Translations under genes and position numbers: made by a program
NCBI GenBank assembly: GCA_965279525.1
Contig: CBDIIB010000005.1
Location: forward strand, 256,001-320,000
Length of the DNA stretch: 64,000 nucleotides
Direction: 5' to 3'
DNA from: Tagaea sp.
GTDB taxonomy: Bacteria; Pseudomonadota; Alphaproteobacteria; CACIAM-22H2
In this document: positions 43,267 to 52,458 of the stretch, in pieces
Layout of the letters: every line of letters starts with the position of its first letter
How positions within the stretch are numbered: position 1 is the first letter of the stretch
The notes under the pieces: generated by a model
Told to the model about the DNA's origin: nothing
The model's database searches: none
Seen by the model: only the letters and a program-made list of their open reading frames with translations

Positions 43267-43778
43267 TGGCCATGCGTGTTTTCGGGTTGGCAGGCTGGAG
43301 CGGCAGCGGCAAGACGACACTGGTCGTGAAGCTGATCCCCGAACTCGTCCGGCGCGGCATCAGCGTGTCGACGATCAAGCACGCGCATCATGCGTTCGAC
43401 GTCGATCAGCCCGGCAAGGACAGTTTCGAGCATCGTCAGGCGGGTGCCAGCGAAGTGCTTGTCGCGTCGGCGAACCGGTTCGCGCTGATGCGCGAGCATC
43501 GCGGCGCACCGGAGCCGGGGCTCGAGGCGTTGCTGGCACGTCTGGCACCCGTCGACCTCGTGCTGGTCGAAGGCTTCAAGCGCGACCACCACGACAAGCT
43601 CGAGATCCATCGGCCGTCGCTCGGCAAGCCGCTGCTGGCCAATGAAGATCCGCACATCGTCGCGGTCGCCAGCGACGCGCCGGTCGCCGGCCTGCGCGTA
43701 CCGCTGCTCGCCCTTGGTGACATCCCGGCGATCGCCGAATTCGTGCTGGCCCGCACGCGACTGGCCGGAGCCGCCTGA
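43266..43778 (+). CDS. mobB: Molybdopterin-guanine dinucleotide biosynthesis protein B
   Basis: GWSGSGKTT, IKHAHH.FDVD.PGKDS and LVEGFK motifs. Confidence 0.93.
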   Translation: MAMRVFGLAGWSGSGKTTLVVKLIPELVRRGISVSTIKHAHHAFDVDQPGKDSFEHRQAGASEVLVASANRFALMREHRGAPEPGLEALLARLAPVDLVLVEGFKRDHHDKLEIHRPSLGKPLLANEDPHIVAVASDAPVAGLRVPLLALGDIPAIAEFVLARTRLAGAA

Positions 43779-45034
43779 TGGCGCAGTTGTCGAACGACTG
43801 CTTTGCGTTCGGCGGAGAACTGATGCGGGCCGACGAGGCGCTGTCGATCCTCGCCGCACGCGCAATGCCGGTCGCGGGCATCGAACCGGCCAGTTTGCGA
43901 CAGGCCACGGGCCGCATCCTTGCCGAGGACATCGTCGCCGCCCGCAGCGTGCCGCCGCACGACAACGCGGCCGTCGACGGCTACGCCGTCCATTTCGACG
44001 ATCTGGTACCCGACGGCGAGACGCGCCTGCCGGTGCGCGGTCGCGCTGCGGCAGGGCACCCGATGGAAGGCCCTCAGCCGCGCGCAACGGCCGCACGTGT
44101 CTTCACGGGCGCGCTGATGCCCCAAGGCTCCGATACCGTTTTCATGCAGGAAGACGTCCGTATCGACGGCGCGTTCGCGATCCTGCCGCCCGGCCAGAAG
44201 CGCGGTGCGAACCGCCGCAAGGCCGGCGAGGACATCGCGGCGGGCAAGACCGTGCTTGCCGCCGGCCAGCGCCTGCGCGCACAGGATGTCGGACTCATCG
44301 CGTCGCTCGGCATCGTCGAGATCGCGGTGCGCGCCAGGCTGCGCGTTGCCGTCTTCTCGACCGGCGACGAACTGCGCGAGCCCGGCGCCGACGCGCCGCC
44401 AGGTTCAGTCTACGACGCCAACCGCTTCGCGCTGATGGCGCTGCTGGAGAAGGCCGGCTGCCAGGTCACCGATCTCGGCATCCTCGCCGACCGACGCGAC
44501 GTGGTTTCGGCTGCCCTCGCCGACGCTGCCGCCGCCCACGACGCGATCGTCACTTCCGGGGGCATGTCGACGGGAGACGAGGACCATGTCCGCGCCGCAG
44601 TCGAAGCCAACGGCAAGATCCATTTCTGGCGACTGGCGATCCGGCCCGGCCGGCCCGTCGCCTTCGGCACGATCGCAGGCAAGGCGTTTGTCGGGCTTCC
44701 GGGAAACCCGGTCGCGATGATGGTGACCTTCCTGCGTTTTGCCCGGCCTGTCCTGCTGCGCCTCTCGGGCGCTGCCGATATCGCCCCGCTCTCGTTCCGC
44801 GTGCGGACCGGCTTCGACATCCGCAAGAAGGAAGGACGGCGCGAATGGCTGCGCGCGCGCCTGACGGTCGACACCGACGGGATGCAGCTTGCGCGCCGTT
44901 TTCCGCGCGACGGAGCGGGCATCCTCACGTCGCTTGTCGAATCCGACGGACTCGTCGAGCTTGCGGAAAACGTGACGGACCTGCCGGCCGGTGCGATGGT
45001 CGACTTCCTGCCCTATTCGGAGCTCGTGTCGTGA
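43778..45034 (+). CDS. moeA: Molybdopterin molybdotransferase
   Basis: NAAVDGYA, FTGA, STGDEL, TSGGMSTG, RPGRP and GLPGNP motifs. Confidence 0.95.
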   Translation: MAQLSNDCFAFGGELMRADEALSILAARAMPVAGIEPASLRQATGRILAEDIVAARSVPPHDNAAVDGYAVHFDDLVPDGETRLPVRGRAAAGHPMEGPQPRATAARVFTGALMPQGSDTVFMQEDVRIDGAFAILPPGQKRGANRRKAGEDIAAGKTVLAAGQRLRAQDVGLIASLGIVEIAVRARLRVAVFSTGDELREPGADAPPGSVYDANRFALMALLEKAGCQVTDLGILADRRDVVSAALADAAAAHDAIVTSGGMSTGDEDHVRAAVEANGKIHFWRLAIRPGRPVAFGTIAGKAFVGLPGNPVAMMVTFLRFARPVLLRLSGAADIAPLSFRVRTGFDIRKKEGRREWLRARLTVDTDGMQLARRFPRDGAGILTSLVESDGLVELAENVTDLPAGAMVDFLPYSELVS

Positions 45035-45282
45035 AGGTCCTCTGGTTTGCATGGCTGCGTACGCGCGTGGGTACGGGTGCGGAGGAGATCGATCCGCCGT
45101 CGGCGGTCGACGACGTGGCCAAGCTGCTCGACTGGCTTGCCGCACGTTCGCCCGGGCACGCCGAGGCGCTGGCCAAGCGCGCGGTGGTGCGCGTGGCGGT
45201 CAACCAGGAATACGTGAAACTCGACCACCCCGTGAAAAAGGGCGACGAGATCGCGATCTTCCCGCCGGTGACGGGAGGCTAG
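45031..45282 (+). CDS. moaD: Molybdopterin synthase sulfur carrier subunit
   Basis: GTG start, VAVNQ, and C-terminal FPPVTGG. Confidence 0.93.
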   Translation: MKVLWFAWLRTRVGTGAEEIDPPSAVDDVAKLLDWLAARSPGHAEALAKRAVVRVAVNQEYVKLDHPVKKGDEIAIFPPVTGG

Positions 45283-45284
45283 GC

Positions 45285-45731
45285 ATGGCCGTGCGCGTGC
45301 AACGCGAGGATTTCGATGTGGGCGCCGAACTCGCGGCGCTGACCGCCGGGCGCACCGACATCGGCGCGCTGACGAGCTTCGTCGGCCTCGTGCGCGACAT
45401 CGGCGGCGGCGCCATGACGCTCGAACACTATCCGGGCATGACCGAAAAGGAGCTTGCTGCGGTCGAGCGCGAAGCCAACGCGCGCTGGAAACTGTCGACT
45501 ACGCTGATCGTCCACCGCTATGGGCGACTCGATCCGGGCGACCGGATCGTTCTTTGTGCTGCCGCTTCGCCGCACCGGGAAGCCGCGTTCGAGGCCTGCC
45601 ATTTCCTGATCGACTGGCTCAAGACGAGAGCACCTTTCTGGAAGCTCGAGGAAACGCCGGAAGGCCCGCAGTGGGTCGAGGCGAAGGCCGACGACGACGC
45701 GGCGGCCGAACGATGGAAGGACCGCAGATGA
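45285..45731 (+). CDS. moaE: Molybdopterin synthase catalytic subunit
   Basis: FVGLVR, LEHYPGMT, HRYG and LKTRAPFWKLE motifs. Confidence 0.94.
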   Translation: MAVRVQREDFDVGAELAALTAGRTDIGALTSFVGLVRDIGGGAMTLEHYPGMTEKELAAVEREANARWKLSTTLIVHRYGRLDPGDRIVLCAAASPHREAAFEACHFLIDWLKTRAPFWKLEETPEGPQWVEAKADDDAAAERWKDRR

Positions 45732-46201
45732 ACACCGAAGCGCTTCGGCCGCGCCAGCTCGCGATCCATTTCGCGTGCGGCTTTCTTGCCGTGCTGCTGT
45801 TCCATCAGGGCGCCATCCTGACGCTGAACCTGCTCGGCTTCATTCCCAACGGGCCGTTCCAAACGCGACCGATACCGCCCTTCGGCGTCCCGGCATTCGT
45901 CAATCAGGCGTTCTGGGGCGGGGTCTGGGGAATCGTCTACGGTCTCGTGCGCGCGCGGATTCCGGCAGCACTTCCCGTCGCAGCCGCCGGCTTCCTTTTC
46001 GGCGTCGTCGGGCCGACGTTTTTCGGCTGGTTCGTGCTTGCCCCGCTGCGCGGCCTGCCGGTCGCCGGCGGGTTCGTGCCCGCCAACATGATGCGCGGCA
46101 TATTCATCAACGGCACATTCGGACTAGGGCTGGCGTTGATCGCGGCCTATGCCACCCGGTTCACGGCGCGGCCCGAGCCGGTTCCCACGCCCGACGCCTG
46201 A
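45728..46201 (+). CDS. Hypothetical membrane protein
   Basis: About 4 TM segments, FHQG, PPFGVP and AFWGGVWG; ATGA overlap with moaE. Confidence 0.7.
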   Translation: MNTEALRPRQLAIHFACGFLAVLLFHQGAILTLNLLGFIPNGPFQTRPIPPFGVPAFVNQAFWGGVWGIVYGLVRARIPAALPVAAAGFLFGVVGPTFFGWFVLAPLRGLPVAGGFVPANMMRGIFINGTFGLGLALIAAYATRFTARPEPVPTPDA

Positions 46202-46427
46202 GCGCATCGTCGAGCGCTTTCGCCCGCGCGGGCTCGTCCGCCGCGACGCAGACGCGCGCCGCATGCTCGATGAGCGACTGGCGCTCGCGTCGGGCCAGCG
46301 TGCGCGAATCGCGGCCGAAAAGCCGCAACAGGGGATCGATCAGCCGATGCGCCGGTCCCGGCTCGGGCGTCGTTGCCGCGAGCCGGGCCAGCGCTTCGTC
46401 GTAGGCGACGAGGAGCTCGTCGGCCAT
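46161..46427 (-). CDS. Small hypothetical protein
   Basis: 88-aa helical ORF filling the gap after ilvE; possible GTG start at 46445 overlapping the ilvE stop. Confidence 0.4.
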   Translation of the reverse strand: MADELLVAYDEALARLAATTPEPGPAHRLIDPLLRLFGRDSRTLARRERQSLIEHAARVCVAADEPARAKALDDALRRRAWEPARAAP

Positions 46428-46441
46428 CACTGGATCGAACG

Positions 46442-47329
46442 TCACTGGATCGGGAAGTCGACCTCGCCGCGCGTGGCCCGGCCGAAGTCCTCGATCAACG
46501 CCTTGGTGATGGCGCCAGGCGTGAACTTGTATTCGCCGATCTCGCCGACCGGCGTGATCTCGGCGGCCGTGCCCGTCAGGAACACTTCCTGTGCCTTGGC
46601 AAGCTCGTCGGGCCAGATCGCCCGTTCGACGACCTGGATCTGGCGGGACTTCGCCATCGCGATCACCGAGCGGCGCGTGATGCCGTCGAGGAAGCAGTCG
46701 GGCTTGGGCGTGTGCAGGACGCCGTCGATCGCGAGGAAGACGTTGGCGCCGGTCGCCTCGGCGATCTGGCCGCGCCAGTCGAGCATCAGCGCGTCGGCAT
46801 AGCCGTTCTTCTCGGCCTCGTGCTTGGACATCGTGCAGATCATGTAGAGGCCGGCGGCCTTCGACGCGGTCGGGGCCGTGTTCGGCGCCGGGCGCGACCA
46901 CTTGGCCCAGCTCATGCGGATGCCCTTGTCCTTGTCCTGGAAGTAGCTGCCCCAGGCCCATGTCGCGATCGCGACGTTGATTTTCGACTGCTGTGCCGAC
47001 ACGCCCATCATTTCCGACCCGCGCCAGGCGATCGGACGGACATAGCAGTCGGGCTGGCCGTTGGCAGCCACGACTTCGTTCGTCGCCGCGTCGATCTGCT
47101 CGACCGTGTAGGGAAGCTCGAAGCCGAGGATACGCGCCGAATCGATCAGGCGCTGCGAATGCTCGCGCAGGCGGAAGACCTTGCCGCCATAGGCCCGCTC
47201 GCCCTCGAAGACGGCCGAGGCATAATGCAGGCCGTGAGAAAGGACGTGCAGCTTCGCGTCGCGCCACGCCGTCAGCGCGCCATTCCACCACACGAAGCCG
47301 TCGCGATCGTCAAAAGGCACCAGTGCCAT
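46442..47329 (-). CDS. ilvE: Branched-chain amino acid aminotransferase
   Basis: HGLHYASAVFEG, YVRP, KAAGLY, EATGAN, LDGITR and TGTAAEI motifs. Confidence 0.94.
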   Translation of the reverse strand: MALVPFDDRDGFVWWNGALTAWRDAKLHVLSHGLHYASAVFEGERAYGGKVFRLREHSQRLIDSARILGFELPYTVEQIDAATNEVVAANGQPDCYVRPIAWRGSEMMGVSAQQSKINVAIATWAWGSYFQDKDKGIRMSWAKWSRPAPNTAPTASKAAGLYMICTMSKHEAEKNGYADALMLDWRGQIAEATGANVFLAIDGVLHTPKPDCFLDGITRRSVIAMAKSRQIQVVERAIWPDELAKAQEVFLTGTAAEITPVGEIGEYKFTPGAITKALIEDFGRATRGEVDFPIQ

Positions 47330-47427
47330 GGCATTTCCCCTCGTCCAGGTCATTTCCTTCGCCGGGATCGTCTCCGGCGCAACATTCGCCCGTTTTGGGC
47401 TTGCCACAAGAAACACTCTTGCGGCAT

Positions 47428-47450
47428 ATATGTCAACATCACTGACGTAT
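47428..47450. promoter_or_regulatory. Inverted repeat, likely MarR operator between divergent ilvE and marR
   Basis: ATATGTCA-N7-TGACGTAT (1 mismatch). Confidence 0.55.
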
Positions 47451-47470
47451 TTCGGTTATGAAGCTTTCAC

Positions 47471-47989
47471 ATGCCTGAATTGCGGACCGGCCTGCACCAC
47501 CTCTATCTGCGCGACGAGGATCTCCGCCTCGGCATCGAGCTGCTCTTCTATGCCTATCGCGATTTCACCGCCGAGCCCGACCGGATGCTCGACGAGATCG
47601 GCCTCGGCCGGGCGCATCATCGCGCGATCTATTTCGTCGGCCGCTATCCCGGCATCAATGTCGGCGAACTGCTCGCGATCCTGCGGATCACCAAACAGAG
47701 CCTTTCGCGCGTTCTGGGCGAACTGGTCCGCAAGGGCTACATCGCGCAGCGTCCCGGTGCCGTCGACCGCCGCCAGCGCCGTCTAGAACTGACCGAGCAG
47801 GGGGCGGCACTCGAGCGCAAGCTGTCCGAGAACCAGCGCCGGCGCATCGCGGCCGCGTATCGTGCTGCCGGCCCCAATGCGGTGGAAGGCTTCCGGCGCG
47901 TGATGCTGGGCCTCATCGACGAGCGCGATCGCGGCAAGGTCGCCGGCGAACCCGTCAAGCCGCTGCCCGCGATGTCGGGGCGGCGATAA
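47471..47989 (+). CDS. MarR family transcriptional regulator (PetP-like)
   Basis: ELLFYAYRDF, GRAHHR, LRITKQSLSRVL and DRRQR motifs. Confidence 0.9.
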   Translation: MPELRTGLHHLYLRDEDLRLGIELLFYAYRDFTAEPDRMLDEIGLGRAHHRAIYFVGRYPGINVGELLAILRITKQSLSRVLGELVRKGYIAQRPGAVDRRQRRLELTEQGAALERKLSENQRRRIAAAYRAAGPNAVEGFRRVMLGLIDERDRGKVAGEPVKPLPAMSGRR

Positions 47990-48061
47990 TTCCCGACCGA
48001 TCGGGCCAAACGGCAAACGCCACAGTTGGCAGGTGCGGCCGCCGCACCTACATTCCATTCC

Positions 48062-48748
48062 ATGGATGAGGCCGCCCACCTCCTGGTCGTCGACGACGAC
48101 ACGCGGACCCGCGAACTGCTTCGCCGGTTCCTGGCCGAGCGCGGCTATCGGGTCGCGACGGCCGCCGATGCCAAGGAAGCCGAATCGCAGCTTGCCGCCA
48201 TCGCCTTCGATCTCGTGGTGCTCGATGTCATGCTGCCCGGCGAGGACGGCATGGAGTTCACCCGCCGCCTGCGCGCGGCCAAGCGTGATGTGCCGATCGT
48301 GCTGCTGACCGCACGCGGAGAGACGGCCGATCGCATATCCGGACTGTCGTCGGGCGCCGACGACTACCTGCCCAAGCCGTTCGAGCCCGAGGAACTGCTG
48401 CTGCGCGTGCGCAACATCCTGCGTCGGGCGCCGCCACCGCCGGCGGATGCACCCGAGGAGGTCGTGTTCGGCGCCTTCAGGTTTACCCTCGAGCGAGAGG
48501 AACTGACGCGCGGCAGCGTCCACGTGAAACTCACGTCGGCGGAAGCTTCCCTGCTGAAGGTCCTGGCAAGTTCGGCAAACGCGCCCGTCAGCCGCGACGA
48601 CCTGCTGCGCCGCTCGCGCCTGTCGGGCAACGCGCGCACGGTCGACGTGACGGTCACGCGTCTCCGGCCCAAGATCGAGGATGATCCGCGCAATCCGCGC
48701 TTCCTGCAGACCGTCCGCGGTGCGGGCTATCTGCTGCGGACCGATTGA
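48062..48748 (+). CDS. OmpR family response regulator (PetR/OmpR-like)
   Basis: LVVDDD, LDVMLPGEDG, GADDYLPKPF, RTVDV and LQTVRGAGY motifs. Confidence 0.93.
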   Translation: MDEAAHLLVVDDDTRTRELLRRFLAERGYRVATAADAKEAESQLAAIAFDLVVLDVMLPGEDGMEFTRRLRAAKRDVPIVLLTARGETADRISGLSSGADDYLPKPFEPEELLLRVRNILRRAPPPPADAPEEVVFGAFRFTLEREELTRGSVHVKLTSAEASLLKVLASSANAPVSRDDLLRRSRLSGNARTVDVTVTRLRPKIEDDPRNPRFLQTVRGAGYLLRTD

Positions 48749-48756
48749 GCGGACCG

Positions 48757-50082
48757 ATGACGACACTCACCAATCTCGTCCGCAGATGCATGCCGCGCTC
48801 GCTGTTCGCGCGGGCACTGATAATCCTCGTGACGCCGATGGTGCTGGTGCAGATCGTCGCCGGATTCGTGTTCTACGACCGGGTCTGGGACACGGTCTCG
48901 CGCCGCCTGTCCAACGCGGTCGCAGGCGAGGTTGCGACCGTCGTCCACGCGATCGGCCGCTATCCGGACGCGGCCGAAAGGGCGTGGCTGTTCCAGACCA
49001 TGCAGATCGCCTACGGATCGTTCTACGATTACCAGCCTGGCGGCATCCTCGAGCGAACGGGCCCGGCGGCACCGGACACGATCCTTGAATACTATCTCGT
49101 CGCCGGCCTCAACGAACGGGTCCGCCGCCCCTTCTTTCTCGACGCATGGAGCGATCCCGACGACCTTCGGCTCGCCGTCCAGCTGCCGGATGGCGTGTTG
49201 CGTCTGGCGACCTCGCGTCAGCGTGTTTTCACCACGAACGTCTACGTCTTCCTGCTGTTCATGATCGGCACGTCCCTGATCCTGATCGCGGTCGCGTCGG
49301 CCTTCATGAACAACCAGGTCCGGCCGATCAAGCGGCTCGCCGATGCGGCCGACGCCTTCGGCAAGGGGCGCGAAGACGCCGAATTCCGCCCCTACGGCGC
49401 CTCCGAAGTGCGCCAGGCCGCGTCGGCTTTCGTCACGATGCGCGAGCGTATCCGCCGGTACATGGCGCAACGCACCGAAATGCTCGCCGGCATCAGCCAC
49501 GACCTGCGCACGCCGCTCACGCGCATGAAGCTCGAACTCGCGATGCTCGGCGACCATCCTTCTTCCGCGGGGCTAAAGACCGACGTTTCCGACATGGAGC
49601 GCATGGTCGATTCCTATCTCGCATTCGTACGCGGCGAAGGCGAAGAGAAGATCGAAGAGGCCGACCTGTCGATCCTGCTTGCCGAGCTGGTCGCCGCAAC
49701 CCAGCGCGGCGGGCATTCGGTCGCACTGGCGGTCGAGGGCGACATGCGCATGTCGCTTCGTCCGCACGCGATCAAGCGCAGCCTCGAGAACCTGATCGCC
49801 AATGCCGTCCGGCACGCAGCCCAGGTCCGGATCCAGGCGATGCGGCACACCGGCGAGATCGAGATCGTGATCGACGACGACGGCCCGGGCATCCCGCCGG
49901 AATCGCGCGAGGACGTGTTCAAGCCGTTTTTCCGGCTCGATCCGGCGCGCAACGTGGAAACCGGCGGTGTCGGCCTCGGATTGACGATCGCGCGGGATGT
50001 AATACGCGGACATGGCGGCGACGTCCGTATCGACGAATCACCCCTTGGCGGCGCACGCGCGCGAATCCGCCTTCCTTTGTAG
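48757..50082 (+). CDS. EnvZ/RisS-like sensor histidine kinase
   Basis: Two TM segments, HAMP, SHDLRTPLTR, DDDGPGI and GVGLGL motifs. Confidence 0.92.
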   Translation: MTTLTNLVRRCMPRSLFARALIILVTPMVLVQIVAGFVFYDRVWDTVSRRLSNAVAGEVATVVHAIGRYPDAAERAWLFQTMQIAYGSFYDYQPGGILERTGPAAPDTILEYYLVAGLNERVRRPFFLDAWSDPDDLRLAVQLPDGVLRLATSRQRVFTTNVYVFLLFMIGTSLILIAVASAFMNNQVRPIKRLADAADAFGKGREDAEFRPYGASEVRQAASAFVTMRERIRRYMAQRTEMLAGISHDLRTPLTRMKLELAMLGDHPSSAGLKTDVSDMERMVDSYLAFVRGEGEEKIEEADLSILLAELVAATQRGGHSVALAVEGDMRMSLRPHAIKRSLENLIANAVRHAAQVRIQAMRHTGEIEIVIDDDGPGIPPESREDVFKPFFRLDPARNVETGGVGLGLTIARDVIRGHGGDVRIDESPLGGARARIRLPL

Positions 50083-50094
50083 TCAAAGGCCGGC

Positions 50095-50110
50095 TTAGCA
50101 ATCTGTTAAC
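50095..50110 (+). promoter_or_regulatory. Possible CtrA box
   Basis: TTAG-CAATCTG-TTAAC, 1 mismatch to TTAA-N7-TTAAC. Confidence 0.5.
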
Positions 50111-50132
50111 CCCCGGTCTCTAACGTTCGAGA

Positions 50133-50224
50133 CGTCGGCGACGGCACGCGCGGAATCACTTCCGGTGACGCCGCCGCCGATACAACCGCCCCGGCCGGCG
50201 ATCGCCGCCGGGGCGGTCCAATTT
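50133..50224 (+). ncRNA. Candidate small structured RNA
   Basis: Two consecutive GC-rich hairpins (50134-50181; 50185-50217, 11-bp outer stem) just downstream of the CtrA-like box. No family recognised. Confidence 0.3.
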
Positions 50225-50315
50225 CCGGGCCCCGAGCGGCGGATATTGAGGCTTGCCGCCCGCGTGCCACGGGCGTATGTCCCTGCGACCCTTCCGCAAG
50301 GATTTTCCAAGCTCG

Positions 50316-51899
50316 ATGTCGTCCGCTTCGCCGCAAGGCGCCTCCACGCGCCGCACCTTTGCGATCATCTCGCACCCCGACGCCGGCAAGACGACGCTGA
50401 CCGAAAAGCTCCTGCTGTTCGGCGGTGCGATCCGCCTTGCCGGACAGGTCAAGGCGCGTGGCGAGAGACGGCGCGCGCGCTCGGACTGGATGGCCATCGA
50501 ACAGGCCCGCGGCATCTCGGTGACGAGCTCGGTGATGACGTTCGATTATTCGGGCGTCACCTTCAACCTGCTCGATACGCCCGGACACGAGGATTTCAGC
50601 GAGGACACCTACCGCACGCTGACGGCCGTCGACTCGGCCGTCATGGTCATCGACGCCGCGAAGGGCATCGAGATCCAGACGCGCAAGCTGTTCGAGGTCT
50701 GCCGCCTGCGCGACATCCCGATCTGCGTGTTCGTCAACAAGGTCGACCGCGAGGGTCGCGACCCGTTCGACCTCCTCGACGAGATCGAAAAGACGCTTCA
50801 GCTCGACGTGAGTCCGTTCGTGTGGCCCGTCGGAATGGGCTCGGACTTCCACGGCTGCTACGACCTTCGCAACAACCGTTTCCTGACGGGCAAGCCCGGC
50901 GGACCGTACGAGCGCGCGATCCCGATGTCCGGCCCGGACGATCCCGCACTGGACGCGCTCGTCGCCGAACGTCCGTTGCGCGAGTTCCGCGAGGCCGCGT
51001 CGCTCGCCTTGTCGGCCTATCCGACGCTGGAACTTGACGCCTACCGGGCCGGCAACATGACGCCGGTGTTTTTCGGCAGCGCGCTCAAGGACTATTCGGT
51101 CGAGACGCTGATCCAGGGCCTGGCCGAGTTCGCTCCGCCGCCGCGCCCGCAGCCGGCACAATCGCGCACGATCGAGCCGGAAGAAGATCGTGTCACCGGT
51201 TTCGTGTTCAAGGTCCAGGCCAACATGGACCCCAACCACCGCGACCGCATCGCGTTCCTGCGGCTGTGCTCGGGTCGTTTCAAGCGCGGCATGAAGCTCA
51301 AGCAGGTGCGCACGGGCAAGGCGATTGCCGTCCACAGCCCGATCTTCTTCTTCGCCCAGGAACGCGAGCTTGCCGAAGAAGCGCTCCCCGGCGACATCAT
51401 CGGGATCCCCAACCACGGCACGCTTCGGGTCGGCGACACGCTGACCGAGGGCGAGGACCTGCGCTTTACCGGAATTCCGAACTTCGCGCCCGAAATCCTG
51501 CGTCGCGTGCGGCTCGACGATCCGATCAAGGCCAAGCAGATGCGCCGGGCACTCGAAGATCTTGCCGAGGAAGGCGTGACCCAGGTCTTCCGGCCGGTCC
51601 TGGGTTCGCAATGGATCGTCGGCGTCGTTGGACCGCTTCAGATCGAGGTGCTCGCCAGCCGCATCGCGGCCGAGTACGACGTCAAGGTCGGCTTCGAACC
51701 CGCACCCTTCGAGACGGCACGCTGGGTCTCGAGCGAGGATCCGGCGATGCTGAAGAAATTCATCGAAAGCAATCGCGGCAGCCTTGCCGAGGATCGCGAC
51801 GATGCGCCAGTGTTCATGGCCCGCAACGCGTGGGAGCTGAACCGCACGACGCAGGACTGGCCGGGCATCACCTTCCGCACTACGCGCGAGCGCGGCTAG
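50316..51899 (+). CDS. prfC: Peptide chain release factor 3
   Basis: RRTFAIISHPDAGKTTLTEKLLL, DTPGHEDFSEDTYR, NKVD and FKVQANMDPNHRDR motifs. Confidence 0.97.
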   Translation: MSSASPQGASTRRTFAIISHPDAGKTTLTEKLLLFGGAIRLAGQVKARGERRRARSDWMAIEQARGISVTSSVMTFDYSGVTFNLLDTPGHEDFSEDTYRTLTAVDSAVMVIDAAKGIEIQTRKLFEVCRLRDIPICVFVNKVDREGRDPFDLLDEIEKTLQLDVSPFVWPVGMGSDFHGCYDLRNNRFLTGKPGGPYERAIPMSGPDDPALDALVAERPLREFREAASLALSAYPTLELDAYRAGNMTPVFFGSALKDYSVETLIQGLAEFAPPPRPQPAQSRTIEPEEDRVTGFVFKVQANMDPNHRDRIAFLRLCSGRFKRGMKLKQVRTGKAIAVHSPIFFFAQERELAEEALPGDIIGIPNHGTLRVGDTLTEGEDLRFTGIPNFAPEILRRVRLDDPIKAKQMRRALEDLAEEGVTQVFRPVLGSQWIVGVVGPLQIEVLASRIAAEYDVKVGFEPAPFETARWVSSEDPAMLKKFIESNRGSLAEDRDDAPVFMARNAWELNRTTQDWPGITFRTTRERG

Positions 51900-51906
51900 C
51901 GGGCGC

Positions 51907-52341
51907 TCAGCTCCCGGCGGGCGGTGCGGAGGACATTTTCACGACGGGCTTGATCTGGCTCTTCTCGATCTCCGCGACGGTACCGGTGATGTACTCGATC
52001 GGCACGCTCGCGACGATTCCTTCGGACGGCATCGAGATCATGAACGCGATCTGGCCGCCGACATTGACCAGGTTCTTCTTTGACTTCATCGGCAGTGGGA
52101 TCTTCCGCTTGCGGCACAGCATGATGAGGGCCGCCGTCATCTGCGCGTCCTGAATCTGCATTTCCGAACTGGTGCCGTCCTTCTTCTTGACCTCGATCTT
52201 GAACGACAGGGTGTCCCGGTCGATCGTCAGCTTCGTGGCGCGGCCATTGGGCGGCGGCTCGCCTTGCGTCCGCTTCCAGTCGAAAGCCGCCGCGACGAGA
52301 TCGAGATTCTCGAAGAAAATGACGCGATACTCGCTGGCCAC
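51907..52341 (-). CDS. Hypothetical protein
   Basis: 144-aa ORF with host-like codons; YRVIFF...AALIMLC...IPLP..SKK pattern. Confidence 0.7.
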   Translation of the reverse strand: MASEYRVIFFENLDLVAAAFDWKRTQGEPPPNGRATKLTIDRDTLSFKIEVKKKDGTSSEMQIQDAQMTAALIMLCRKRKIPLPMKSKKNLVNVGGQIAFMISMPSEGIVASVPIEYITGTVAEIEKSQIKPVVKMSSAPPAGS

Positions 52342-52458
52342 GCGGCCACCGCCTTGTCGTTATGTGGCTGTAAGGCTTACCACGAAACCGGATTCTTGGC
52401 ATCTGTCAGAAGCCTCGCGCCGGGCCAGAAGAGCGTCTAATGTCTGGTTTCCCGCCTG

